From Victivallis sp. Marseille-Q1083 (GTDB taxonomy: Bacteria > Verrucomicrobiota > Lentisphaeria > Victivallales > Victivallaceae), in NCBI RefSeq assembly GCF_903645315.1, contig NZ_CAHJXL010000001.1, forward strand, positions 3,629,339 to 3,693,338: 64,000 nucleotides of DNA. The letters run 5' to 3'. The notes beneath the pieces were generated by a model. It did no database searches. It saw only the letters and a list, made by a program, of their open reading frames with translations, and was not told the origin of the DNA. Below, one piece after another: positions 19,357-27,727 of this stretch; positions within the stretch are counted from its first letter, which is position 1; each line of letters begins with the position of its first letter. A program made the position numbers and the translations under genes.

Positions 19357-19737
19357 TTACTGCCTGGCGCGCTCCTGAATGACGTCGATGCGCTGCCAGT
19401 CGGGACGTCCTTCCTGCAGGATGTAATAACTCTCTACGGTGATGCCGGCAGCTTCGAAATAGCGGAGAACGGCATCGACATCCTGTTCCGGCAGCCATGA
19501 AGAGATCGCCACTTTGTCGATGTGGCGCGCCTTCAGGTCCCGGATCAGGTCGTCCTGTTTGTAGAACATCCCCCCGTAAAAAGTCTGGATCTGGTAACCG
19601 TCCGGACGGTCGTCGTTGACTTCGTAAGAGACGGCGGCGCCGAGCGTCTGATCGTTGTAGCCGGTACAACAGCCGGCGGACAGCAGGATCAGCGTTGAAA
19701 CCAAGGCGGCAATGCAAATGGACAGAACGGTTTTCAT
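19357..19737 (-). CDS. hypothetical lipoprotein
   Basis: Signal peptide with an LSAGC lipobox. ATGA overlap with the amidase stop. Confidence 0.6.
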   Translation of the reverse strand: MKTVLSICIAALVSTLILLSAGCCTGYNDQTLGAAVSYEVNDDRPDGYQIQTFYGGMFYKQDDLIRDLKARHIDKVAISSWLPEQDVDAVLRYFEAAGITVESYYILQEGRPDWQRIDVIQERARQ

Positions 19738-20384
19738 CCTTCCTGCTCCTGTAAGTGATCGAGTGATTGTTGAACGCGTTGTTTGAAATTTTCCCAGCTC
19801 TGTTCATCCAGGATGCGGTGCGGGCAGTACTTGCCGGTCCAATCCTGGTGTTTGCGCAAATCGTTGACGGACAGATTGAATTTTTTCAACAGCCAGGCCG
19901 TCAGTTTGACGGCGTTTTCCTCGCTGGCGCGATAGAGCGGCTCCTGCGTCCCGTAACATTGGCTGCGGCAGATTTCGATGCCGATGCTGCGCAAATTGCC
20001 GTCGCCTTTCGAACCGTCGCCGGCATGCCAGGCGTGTTCGGTCAATTCCATGATTTGCACCGCCTCGTTTTCGTCGACGGCGAAATGGAAGGAAACCGAT
20101 TTGTTGTCGCGCCGGTTGTTGACGCGGTCGCGTTCCTGGCGGGCGGAGAAAGGTTCCGCCGTATTGTGGATGGTGATATATTTGACCTCCGGAAACGGAC
20201 CGGGCCGCTTGTAGTCGCGGTTGTATTCATTGTCGTCGATGATCGAATTGCGCACCATGACGCCGTTGTGGCAGGTGACTGCTCCGGCCTCGCTGTCGCC
20301 GCAGAGGCTGGCGCAGCCCCAGCCCCACAGGCACAATACCGCGCCCAGGATGGGCGCCAGCGGCTTTCGCCCACTGGATTTCAT
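19734..20384 (-). CDS. N-acetylmuramoyl-L-alanine amidase (Amidase_2/PGRP family), secreted
   Basis: HAWHAG zinc-amidase motif and C-terminal CPHR. Start placed at internal ATG (MKSSGRK) with a gaggga Shine-Dalgarno sequence. Paralog at 46965..47606. Confidence 0.85.
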   Translation of the reverse strand: MKSSGRKPLAPILGAVLCLWGWGCASLCGDSEAGAVTCHNGVMVRNSIIDDNEYNRDYKRPGPFPEVKYITIHNTAEPFSARQERDRVNNRRDNKSVSFHFAVDENEAVQIMELTEHAWHAGDGSKGDGNLRSIGIEICRSQCYGTQEPLYRASEENAVKLTAWLLKKFNLSVNDLRKHQDWTGKYCPHRILDEQSWENFKQRVQQSLDHLQEQEG

Positions 20385-20485
20385 AATCTTGGTTCCCTCT
20401 TTGCTTTGAAATTTGGAAAAACGAAAGGGAAAGATATCCTGAAAAATCGGACATTTCAAGTCTTGCGTTCAAAAAATCCGGAATG

Positions 20486-21490
20486 TCAATCGGCGGACCG
20501 GCGAAGCCGGCCGCCTTGCCGCTCATTGGCGGCAAGCACATAGATGTAATGTTTCCAACAGCGCTCGAAACGCTCCAATTCCCAGCATTGCCGGATTTCC
20601 GACGGAGTTTGTCCCCAGGGATCGTTGAGAAACAGCCGCCCGGAATTGCCGTGGCAGTGAAATCCTCTGACGACCACCAAATGACCTTCGGAACGGGTAC
20701 CGTCGGCCAGCACGCCGGGGCGGATGGAGGCGATGACCGGCAAGCCGGCGAGCAGATAGTCTTGAACCGTCCGCAATGAAGCGGCGTATTCGACGTGGGC
20801 TGTCAAACCGAATTCGGCCGCCGCCGCGGTATTGAACGGCCAATTGCCGTAAAGGGATGACGACGGGTCGAAGACCTGCGCCGCCACTTGAGCGGTCGGC
20901 AGATCAACGCCGTGGCAGGCCATCGCCATCGCCAGTGAAGTCGGACTGCAGAGAAATCGGCCGATCGCCGACACTGCCCGCTGCGAGCGGGGCGGAACCG
21001 GCAGGAGCCGTAGACCGGCGAGCAGCGGCGGCGATTTTTGCGGCGCGCCCGGTACCGTCGTGACCGCAACCTGACGCAGGCGGGGCGACGGTTCGGACAA
21101 ATTCCGGCGCCGCAGAAAGACCCGGTACTGCAGGGCGACGGCAACAGGCCGGGCGATCAGGCGGTCGATGTCGAACTGGATGCCGGAGTGCTCCCGACTG
21201 CTGCCGCCGCATCGACCGGCGGGCTGGCGCGTCCACACGCCGAAGCTGACATAACCGCTCCAGCGGCCGCTGGACGACAGCAAACGCACCTGCAGCTCGA
21301 CATCGCCGTGGCTGCTGAACGCATTCCAACTGCCGACGCATTCGCGAAATTCCGGCAGCGGAACGACCGGCGAAAGCAGACAGCCGCGGCAGGCGCCCGG
21401 CAACAGCTCCATTTCGCCGCGGCGGTTGCAACGCAATTGCTCGTACTCCCCGGTCAGGAATGCCGTGCCGCGATGGATGATCGTATTCAT
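20486..21490 (-). CDS. hypothetical protein with C-terminal peptidase C39-like (papain-fold) domain
   Basis: FLCSPTSLAMAMACHG motif resembles the C39_2 catalytic Cys region; His candidates downstream (HLVVVRGFHCHG). Confidence 0.55.
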   Translation of the reverse strand: MNTIIHRGTAFLTGEYEQLRCNRRGEMELLPGACRGCLLSPVVPLPEFRECVGSWNAFSSHGDVELQVRLLSSSGRWSGYVSFGVWTRQPAGRCGGSSREHSGIQFDIDRLIARPVAVALQYRVFLRRRNLSEPSPRLRQVAVTTVPGAPQKSPPLLAGLRLLPVPPRSQRAVSAIGRFLCSPTSLAMAMACHGVDLPTAQVAAQVFDPSSSLYGNWPFNTAAAAEFGLTAHVEYAASLRTVQDYLLAGLPVIASIRPGVLADGTRSEGHLVVVRGFHCHGNSGRLFLNDPWGQTPSEIRQCWELERFERCWKHYIYVLAANERQGGRLRRSAD

Positions 21491-21496
21491 AGCCGG

Positions 21497-22561
21497 CTAT
21501 TTCAGCAGCATGCAGTCTCCGTAGCTGTAGAAGCGCATCCGCTCCCGGATGGCCAGCTCATAAGCGGCCAGCATTTTTTCCCGGTCGACGAAGGTGGCTA
21601 CCAGCATCAGCAACGTACTTTTCGGCAGATGAAAATTGGTCAGCAGCATGTCGACGCAGCGGGGATGGTAAGGCGGGTACAGGAAGATATCGGTTGCGCC
21701 GCACCGGGGCGTCACCGTGCCGTCGGGAGCGGCGCAGCTTTCCAGAACCCGGACGCTGGTCGTGCCGACTGCCATGATTTTTCGGCCTTCGGCATGGGTG
21801 CGGTTGATCAAATCGGCCGTCGTCTCCGGCAGGCTGAACCGTTCGGTATGCATATGATGCCGGGCGATATCGTCGACGGAAACCGGTTTGAACGTTCCCG
21901 GTCCGACATGCAGCGTCACCGCGGCGGAGCGCACCGCACCGGCCGCCAGTTCGGCCATGATTTCCGGAGTGAAATGCAACCCGGCGGTCGGCGCTGCCAC
22001 CGCACCGGATTCCCGGGCGAAAATCGTCTGATACCGTTCGGCGTCGGCATTTTCGTCGCCGCGCTGAATATACGGCGGCAGGGGAATGTGGCCGTAAACC
22101 GCCTGCAGGCGTTCCAGTTCGTCGGTGTTGAATTCGACGTTGAAGGAGCCGTCCGGACAGCGGGAAAGCACCGTAAAAGAGTCGCCTTGCCCATTGATCC
22201 GGCCGGCATGGTCGGTGAAAACCACGACCGTACCGGCGGCGGCCCGCTTGCCAGGTTTCAGCAGGACGTTCCAGCGCCGGGCCGTGTCGAGCGGCGCCAC
22301 CAGCAGCAGCTCGAATCTGGCCGCTTCCGGCCGGCCATTTTTCCGGCCGTACATCCGGGCTTTCATCACTTTGGTGTCGTTGAAAACCAGCGTGTCGCCG
22401 GGGGACAGATAATCGACGATCCGGCCGAACGGCAGAATCGAGCAATCGCCGCTTTGCCGGTCAAGCACCAGCATCCGCGAGCCGTCGCGTTTTTCCGTCG
22501 GCCGCTGGGCGATCAGTTCTGTCGGCAACTGGTAATCGAACAGATCCGTGGCAAGTCCCAT
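21497..22561 (-). CDS. queA: S-adenosylmethionine:tRNA ribosyltransferase-isomerase
   Basis: Full-length QueA homology (LFDYQLP, GTTSVR). Confidence 0.9.
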   Translation of the reverse strand: MGLATDLFDYQLPTELIAQRPTEKRDGSRMLVLDRQSGDCSILPFGRIVDYLSPGDTLVFNDTKVMKARMYGRKNGRPEAARFELLLVAPLDTARRWNVLLKPGKRAAAGTVVVFTDHAGRINGQGDSFTVLSRCPDGSFNVEFNTDELERLQAVYGHIPLPPYIQRGDENADAERYQTIFARESGAVAAPTAGLHFTPEIMAELAAGAVRSAAVTLHVGPGTFKPVSVDDIARHHMHTERFSLPETTADLINRTHAEGRKIMAVGTTSVRVLESCAAPDGTVTPRCGATDIFLYPPYHPRCVDMLLTNFHLPKSTLLMLVATFVDREKMLAAYELAIRERMRFYSYGDCMLLK

Positions 22562-22563
22562 GA

Positions 22564-23445
22564 TCAGTGTTTGCCCCGCATCTGCTCGCGAGCGCGCCGC
22601 AGAATTTCCGTCTCTTCCGGCGTCAGGCTGTTGATGCCGGTTTTGGAAATTTTATCCAGCAGGTAGTCGATATCCTGCGATTTGATTTTAGAACCCGGCT
22701 TGACGGTAAAATCCGGCTGCCGCCACATCCGGGGACCGGCGCCCGGCGGCGGTGTTTCGCCCGGTCTGACCCGCCGCCGCGGCAGGATGTCCCAGGCCAG
22801 GTTGGGGCCGAACAGGAATTTGATGTACAAGTAGCCGCCGAGCAGGCCGCCGAGGTGGGCGAGATGGGCGATGCCGTCGCTCTGGCCGCCGTTGCCGAAT
22901 TGAAAGAGCAGTTCGATGACGGCATAGACGATGACCAGCGTTTTGGCTTTGACCGGAATCGGCGGCAGCAGCATGATGAATTGCACATTGGGCCGCAGCA
23001 GGGCGACGGCGGCCATGATGCCGAACAATGCGCCGCTGGCTCCCATCAGGTAAAACGGATTGCCCCAGTTGAACAGCAGAAAAATGAGATTGCCGCTCAG
23101 GCCGCCGATCAGGTACAGCCACAATATCTTATAACCGTTCATCAGCGGCGCGAGCAGCATGCCGAACAAGTACAGCCCGTACATATTGAACAGAATATGG
23201 TAGAAATCGGCGTGCATGAACATGGCGGTCACCAGTTGCCAGATTTGTCCGGAGGCGATTCCCCGGGAGGATAGCACCAGACGGTAATAAGGGAAATCCG
23301 GATCGACCAGTTGCTGCATCGTGCGCGGCGCCGGAAAGATCAGGTACAGAAAAATGTTGATGCCGATCAAGATGAAAATCATCGTCCGGCCGGATAATTC
23401 TTGGCCGCCGGAGGACGGCCGCATGTAATTTCGATCCTGCAGCAT
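22564..23445 (-). CDS. rhomboid family intramembrane serine protease with C-terminal soluble extension
   Basis: GASGALFG (GxSG) motif and AHLGG catalytic His; 6 TM. Confidence 0.85.
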   Translation of the reverse strand: MLQDRNYMRPSSGGQELSGRTMIFILIGINIFLYLIFPAPRTMQQLVDPDFPYYRLVLSSRGIASGQIWQLVTAMFMHADFYHILFNMYGLYLFGMLLAPLMNGYKILWLYLIGGLSGNLIFLLFNWGNPFYLMGASGALFGIMAAVALLRPNVQFIMLLPPIPVKAKTLVIVYAVIELLFQFGNGGQSDGIAHLAHLGGLLGGYLYIKFLFGPNLAWDILPRRRVRPGETPPPGAGPRMWRQPDFTVKPGSKIKSQDIDYLLDKISKTGINSLTPEETEILRRAREQMRGKH

Positions 23446-23543
23446 AATGTAACTTTACGAACCTTTCATCAATAAAAACAAATCCCTTTGACGGCAGCGC
23501 GGCCGAAAGGGATTTTTCCCGTTTTTCTTACCACGCAACCGCG

Positions 23544-24176
23544 TTATTTCTTGTCGCCGTTGCGCAACTCTTCGAGCAAATCGACCGTCGCTTCCCGGAC
23601 ATGCTGGAGATTGTCGGCAATCGTCATCAGTGGTCCCTGCAACGCTTTCTGCCGCCGCATCATCATGTTCAACGAACCGAAGATATCGTTCAGATCGGCC
23701 AGCACCCGTTTACCGAGGCTGATTTTCAGCGCCCGCATTTCCGGATCGTCGATTTCGATAAAATTGGAAAAACGCGACAACAGTTTACCGAACCGGCAAG
23801 TCAACGCCAGCCCTTCACGTAAAAAACTGCTGCGCAGTCCGGCGGCGAACACCACATTCCACTCCCGCGCCTGCCGGTCCAGTTGCCGCAGCAGGTCGTA
23901 ACCGGCCCGGTGGCAGAAGTCGTCCGGCGGGTTCTCCTCGTCTTCCTCATCGTGTTGTGCGTAAAACTCCGAAAGCGACTGTTGGGACCATTCCACTCCG
24001 GTCGGCACCAGATCCTGCTGGCTCATCAACCGTTTGAAAATCATCTCCTCCTCCCCCGGCAGGTCCAGACAGACCCGCAGCGCCTGGAAATAACGATTGA
24101 TTCGCAATTCATCCTTACGAATCTCTTTTTCCCACTGGAATTCGTTCCAATTCTGACGTGATGCAGGGTTGAACAT
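23544..24176 (-). CDS. hypothetical protein
   Basis: 210 aa, acidic; in an operon between nadD-rsfS and the rhomboid gene; no family recognised. Confidence 0.55.
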   Translation of the reverse strand: MFNPASRQNWNEFQWEKEIRKDELRINRYFQALRVCLDLPGEEEMIFKRLMSQQDLVPTGVEWSQQSLSEFYAQHDEEDEENPPDDFCHRAGYDLLRQLDRQAREWNVVFAAGLRSSFLREGLALTCRFGKLLSRFSNFIEIDDPEMRALKISLGKRVLADLNDIFGSLNMMMRRQKALQGPLMTIADNLQHVREATVDLLEELRNGDKK

Positions 24177-24215
24177 TTTATCGCTTCCTTCCGTGATTGC
24201 GGTAAAACAACGCGG

Positions 24216-25235
24216 TCACTTCCCGATCGTCAACTGCTCCAGACTGCGGACGGCCGCCAATTGCGGCGCGTCGCCCCATAAGCTTTCCAGATTATAGCGT
24301 TCCCGGGTCTCCGGGGTCATCACATGGACCATCACCGGTCCGAAATCGATCAAAACCCAACCGCTGCCCGGCCGTCCGTCAACCGCCAGCGGGCGCAATT
24401 TGAACACTTCCCGCACCCGGCGTTCGAGATTGCCGGTGACCGCTTGAATCTGCGGTTCGGAATTGGCGGTGCACAATACGAAATAATCGGCGATCGTCGT
24501 CAATTCGCCGACTTTCAGCGCCACGATATTTTCCGCCAGCTTGGCATCCGCCTGCTCGACGCAGAACTGCGCCAATTTTTCGGCATCGATTTTTATCGGT
24601 TCGGTCATCCTGGTTGCCTTCTCCTCTTGAGATTGATATAATTTTTTTTCTTCGATATACTTCGCTACCGCTTCGGGAATAAAATTACTCACCTTTTCGC
24701 CATTTGCCACTTTTTTTCTGATTTCCGTGGAAGATATCCTGAAAAAAGGCAGTTTTTTGATCGAAGCGGCCAGCCGGTCGACGGTCTCCGACGGCCAGTG
24801 CGCCGATAATTCCGCGCGGTCCGGCAGCGCGCCGGAACGCGGATACACGATAATTTCGAATTCCCGGACCAGCTCCGCCGCCCGGTGCCAACTGTGCAGC
24901 ATCTGCAGACTGTCGCTGCCGATCAGCAATTGAAAACGGTCCTGCGGCTGCCGCTGTCGCAGCCGGTCGAGAATTTCCAGCGTAAAAGACGGCGACAAAC
25001 GGACCTGCCGCTCGAAATCCGACACCGCCACATCGCGCTGACCGGCAGTCGCCAACTGCAGCATCGCCAACCGGTCCTCGTAGGACGAGACGGCCTGTCC
25101 CTGCTTGTGCGGCGGCGCATAGGCCGGCACCAGCCAGACCCGGTCGGTGAAATCGCCGGCCAATACCGCTGCGGCCAATTGCAGGTGTCCGCAATGCGGC
25201 GGATCGAAGGTGCCGCCGAAAAAAGCAATGCGCAT
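24216..25235 (-). CDS. nadD: in-frame fusion: nicotinate-nucleotide adenylyltransferase (NadD) + ribosomal silencing factor RsfS (Iojap)
   Basis: Residues 1-200 are NadD (GGTFDPPHCGH). Residues 207-339 are RsfS (DFGPVMVHVMTPETRERYNLESLWGDA). No stop separates them; single 339-aa ORF. Confidence 0.8.
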   Translation of the reverse strand: MRIAFFGGTFDPPHCGHLQLAAAVLAGDFTDRVWLVPAYAPPHKQGQAVSSYEDRLAMLQLATAGQRDVAVSDFERQVRLSPSFTLEILDRLRQRQPQDRFQLLIGSDSLQMLHSWHRAAELVREFEIIVYPRSGALPDRAELSAHWPSETVDRLAASIKKLPFFRISSTEIRKKVANGEKVSNFIPEAVAKYIEEKKLYQSQEEKATRMTEPIKIDAEKLAQFCVEQADAKLAENIVALKVGELTTIADYFVLCTANSEPQIQAVTGNLERRVREVFKLRPLAVDGRPGSGWVLIDFGPVMVHVMTPETRERYNLESLWGDAPQLAAVRSLEQLTIGK

Positions 25236-25398
25236 TGAAATTCCTCAACCTCCAGTTCCATGTCATCACCGTTACTATATATCCAGACCGGCCGTTTTAC
25301 AATTTGGTTCTGCCGGATTGGACAAAACGTTTTTCGGCTGCTATAGTTTTGACCGTGGAGAATGAACGTCGGCCATTTGGAAGGGGAGGGTGGTTCTC

Positions 25399-26457
25399 AT
25401 GATGACTGCTGCGGTTCGCGGTCTGGTCTGGGCGTTGCTCAGCGCCGTGATGTGGAGCGGAATGTACGCACTGGGCCGGGCATTGATGGCCGACCGGGCG
25501 ATCGATCCGGTTTCGCTTTCCTGGCTGCGGTTCGCCAGCGCCGGAATTTTACTGCTGCTGATCGGTTTGCTGAGGCGCGGACGGCGGATGTTCGCCGTTC
25601 GGCGGCGGGATTGGCTGCCGCTGATCGGGCAGGGGATTCTGGGGGCCGGCGGCACCAGCATTTTTGTATTCTGGGCGCAGGAAACGGCGACGGCGGTCGA
25701 ATCTTCGATGCTGGAGGCGGTCATTCCGATCATGATCTTCCTGGGCGGGGTGGTTACCGGTGAAAAAGTTTCCCGCAGTCAATTGTGCGGCATCGGTTTG
25801 AGTACCGTCGGCTGCCTGCTGGTGGTCCAGGTGATCCAGGTGCGGGGACTGATGCTGGAACGGCTCGATTTCGGCATGCTGTTGATTGTGATCGCCGGAA
25901 TCTGTTGGGCGGCTTATGTCGTCTGGGGCAGAAAATTGGCGCGGCGGCTGGATGGGTTCATCTATACGACATGGAGTTTTCTGGGCGGTGCGGCGGTGTT
26001 GACGATCGTGGAAGTGGCGCATTGGCATGACATCGTGCTGCCGGTTCATCTGCATGACTGGCTGCTGGTCGTTGCGATGATCCTGATCCCGACGGTCGGT
26101 GCATTCATCGCCTGGAATCAGGCGGAACGGCTGATCAATTTGAATTTGCTGAACATGTCGCAATATATCATCGGGCCGCTGGCGGTATTCTGGGCCTGGC
26201 TGTTTCTGAAGGAATCGGTCAGCGTCCTGCAGATTCTCGGCGTCCTGCTGATCCTTGGCGGCATCGGACTCGGACCGGATTCGCTGCGGTATTACCGCCG
26301 ATTATATATGCGGTTCCGGCAGCAGCAGTTGCCGGATGGCCGCCGGCGTCAGCTCGAGGCTGATGTTCAGCCGGTGCCCGATCCGGGTGTGGGTAGCGGC
26401 GATGATGCCGCGCGGCAGCAGGATGATGGCGTCGGCGCCGGGACAGCGGATCATTAG
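25399..26457 (+). CDS. DMT superfamily (EamA-like) transporter
   Basis: 10 TM; aaggggaggg Shine-Dalgarno sequence before the ATG at 25399 (track start GTG at 25390). The low-complexity C-terminal tail overlaps the convergent DUF192 gene. Confidence 0.7.
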   Translation: MMTAAVRGLVWALLSAVMWSGMYALGRALMADRAIDPVSLSWLRFASAGILLLLIGLLRRGRRMFAVRRRDWLPLIGQGILGAGGTSIFVFWAQETATAVESSMLEAVIPIMIFLGGVVTGEKVSRSQLCGIGLSTVGCLLVVQVIQVRGLMLERLDFGMLLIVIAGICWAAYVVWGRKLARRLDGFIYTTWSFLGGAAVLTIVEVAHWHDIVLPVHLHDWLLVVAMILIPTVGAFIAWNQAERLINLNLLNMSQYIIGPLAVFWAWLFLKESVSVLQILGVLLILGGIGLGPDSLRYYRRLYMRFRQQQLPDGRRRQLEADVQPVPDPGVGSGDDAARQQDDGVGAGTADH

Positions 26458-26697
26458 TTTGCCGGGCGGCACCGACCGGTGCAATTGCCGGACCACCTGT
26501 TCGGCGTCGACGAAAATAATGTCCAGTTTGCAGGGGGCCAGTCCGAGAAACAATGTGTGCCGCCGCTGCAGCACCATGGCGTCGTACTGCATGCGGCGCA
26601 GACGCTTGGCGCCGAAGCGCAGCAGTTGCTGCCAGCGCGAGAGAACCGCTACCGGTGCTTCGGCAATGGTGCGGCGGGTATCCAGATTGACGATCAT
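26302..26697 (-). CDS. DUF192 (COG1430) family protein
   Basis: 131 aa; DIIFVD motif typical of DUF192. Confidence 0.55.
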   Translation of the reverse strand: MIVNLDTRRTIAEAPVAVLSRWQQLLRFGAKRLRRMQYDAMVLQRRHTLFLGLAPCKLDIIFVDAEQVVRQLHRSVPPGKLMIRCPGADAIILLPRGIIAATHTRIGHRLNISLELTPAAIRQLLLPEPHI

Positions 26698-26721
26698 ATC
26701 ATTTGGCCTCGTTGCGAATTA

Positions 26722-26854
26722 CCGTTAATATAGACAACGAAAAGAAGGATTGCAATGATTCCGGAGGAAAAATCGCGGAACCGGAGCCGGATTTTGTCTC
26801 GATAATTTTTTATCCAGCCATTGCCTTTCAGAGGGCCGGGTATTATATTAACGG
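26722..26854. repeat. 133-bp MITE-like element with 11-bp perfect terminal inverted repeats (CCGTTAATATA / TATATTAACGG)
   Basis: Direct reading of the AT-rich intergenic region between DUF192 and lpxA. Confidence 0.35.
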
Positions 26855-26889
26855 AGCGAAATTCAACGTTTGAAAGAGAGGTTCTGTCC

Positions 26890-27690
26890 ATGCCGAAGAT
26901 TCATCCCAGTGCAGTTGTTTCCCCTGCTGCCGAGATCGCTGACGATGTCGAAATCGGGCCGTTGTGTTATATCGGGCCGCAGGTGAAGATCGGCCCCGGC
27001 TGCCGGTTGATTGCCCAGTGCCATGTCAGCGGCCGGACGACGCTGGGCAGCAACAATATACTCTATCCGTTCGCCGCGCTCGGCCAGAACGCCCAGGATT
27101 ACAAAGTGGAGAGCGACGAAACCTATCTGGTCGTCGGCAATGACAATATCTTCCGCGAGGGCACTACCGCCCATACCGGCACCAAGCCGGGGACGACGAC
27201 CCGGATCGGCAACGGCTGCATGTTCATGAACGCATCGCATGTCGCCCACAACTGCCAGATCGGCGACCAGGTCATTCTGGTCGGTTTTGCCGGATTGGCC
27301 GGTTACTGTGAAATCGGCGACCATGCGCTGATTTCCGGGCTGACCGGACTGCACCAGTTCTGCCGGGTTGGCCGTTTCGCGATCATCAGCGGCGGTTCGG
27401 CGTTGTCCAAGGATGTCCCGCCGTTCATGATGGCGGAGGGACGCAACGGCGGAGTCAAGATGATCAACCTGGTCGGTTTGCAGCGGGCCGGTTTTCCGGC
27501 GGCGACCATCCGGGCGTTGAAGAATGTTTTCAAAATTTACTATCGTTCCGAATTGAGTCCGGCCAACGCGCTGCAGAAGATCAGGGAAGAGGTCCCGCCG
27601 CTGCCGGAGGTGGTGGAGTTCATCGAATTCTGCGCCAATTCCAAGCGCGGCGTACTGTCCGCCCGGCACGGCAGCGGCAACCGCAATTGA
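26890..27690 (+). CDS. lpxA: acyl-ACP--UDP-N-acetylglucosamine O-acyltransferase
   Basis: Left-handed beta-helix hexapeptide repeats; LpxA C-terminal helical domain. ATG at 26890 with a gaaagagagg Shine-Dalgarno sequence. Confidence 0.9.
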   Translation: MPKIHPSAVVSPAAEIADDVEIGPLCYIGPQVKIGPGCRLIAQCHVSGRTTLGSNNILYPFAALGQNAQDYKVESDETYLVVGNDNIFREGTTAHTGTKPGTTTRIGNGCMFMNASHVAHNCQIGDQVILVGFAGLAGYCEIGDHALISGLTGLHQFCRVGRFAIISGGSALSKDVPPFMMAEGRNGGVKMINLVGLQRAGFPAATIRALKNVFKIYYRSELSPANALQKIREEVPPLPEVVEFIEFCANSKRGVLSARHGSGNRN

Positions 27691-27727
27691 TTGTTTCAAA
27701 ATTTTTTTAATTCAGGAGAATCGCGTT

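Noticed and set aside
21038-22666. 542-aa plus-strand ORF
   Set aside because: Antisense to queA and the C39-like gene.
26694-26891. 65-aa minus-strand ORF in the lpxA upstream region
   Set aside because: Lies in the AT-rich intergenic region containing the MITE-like repeat; no SD and no coding signal.
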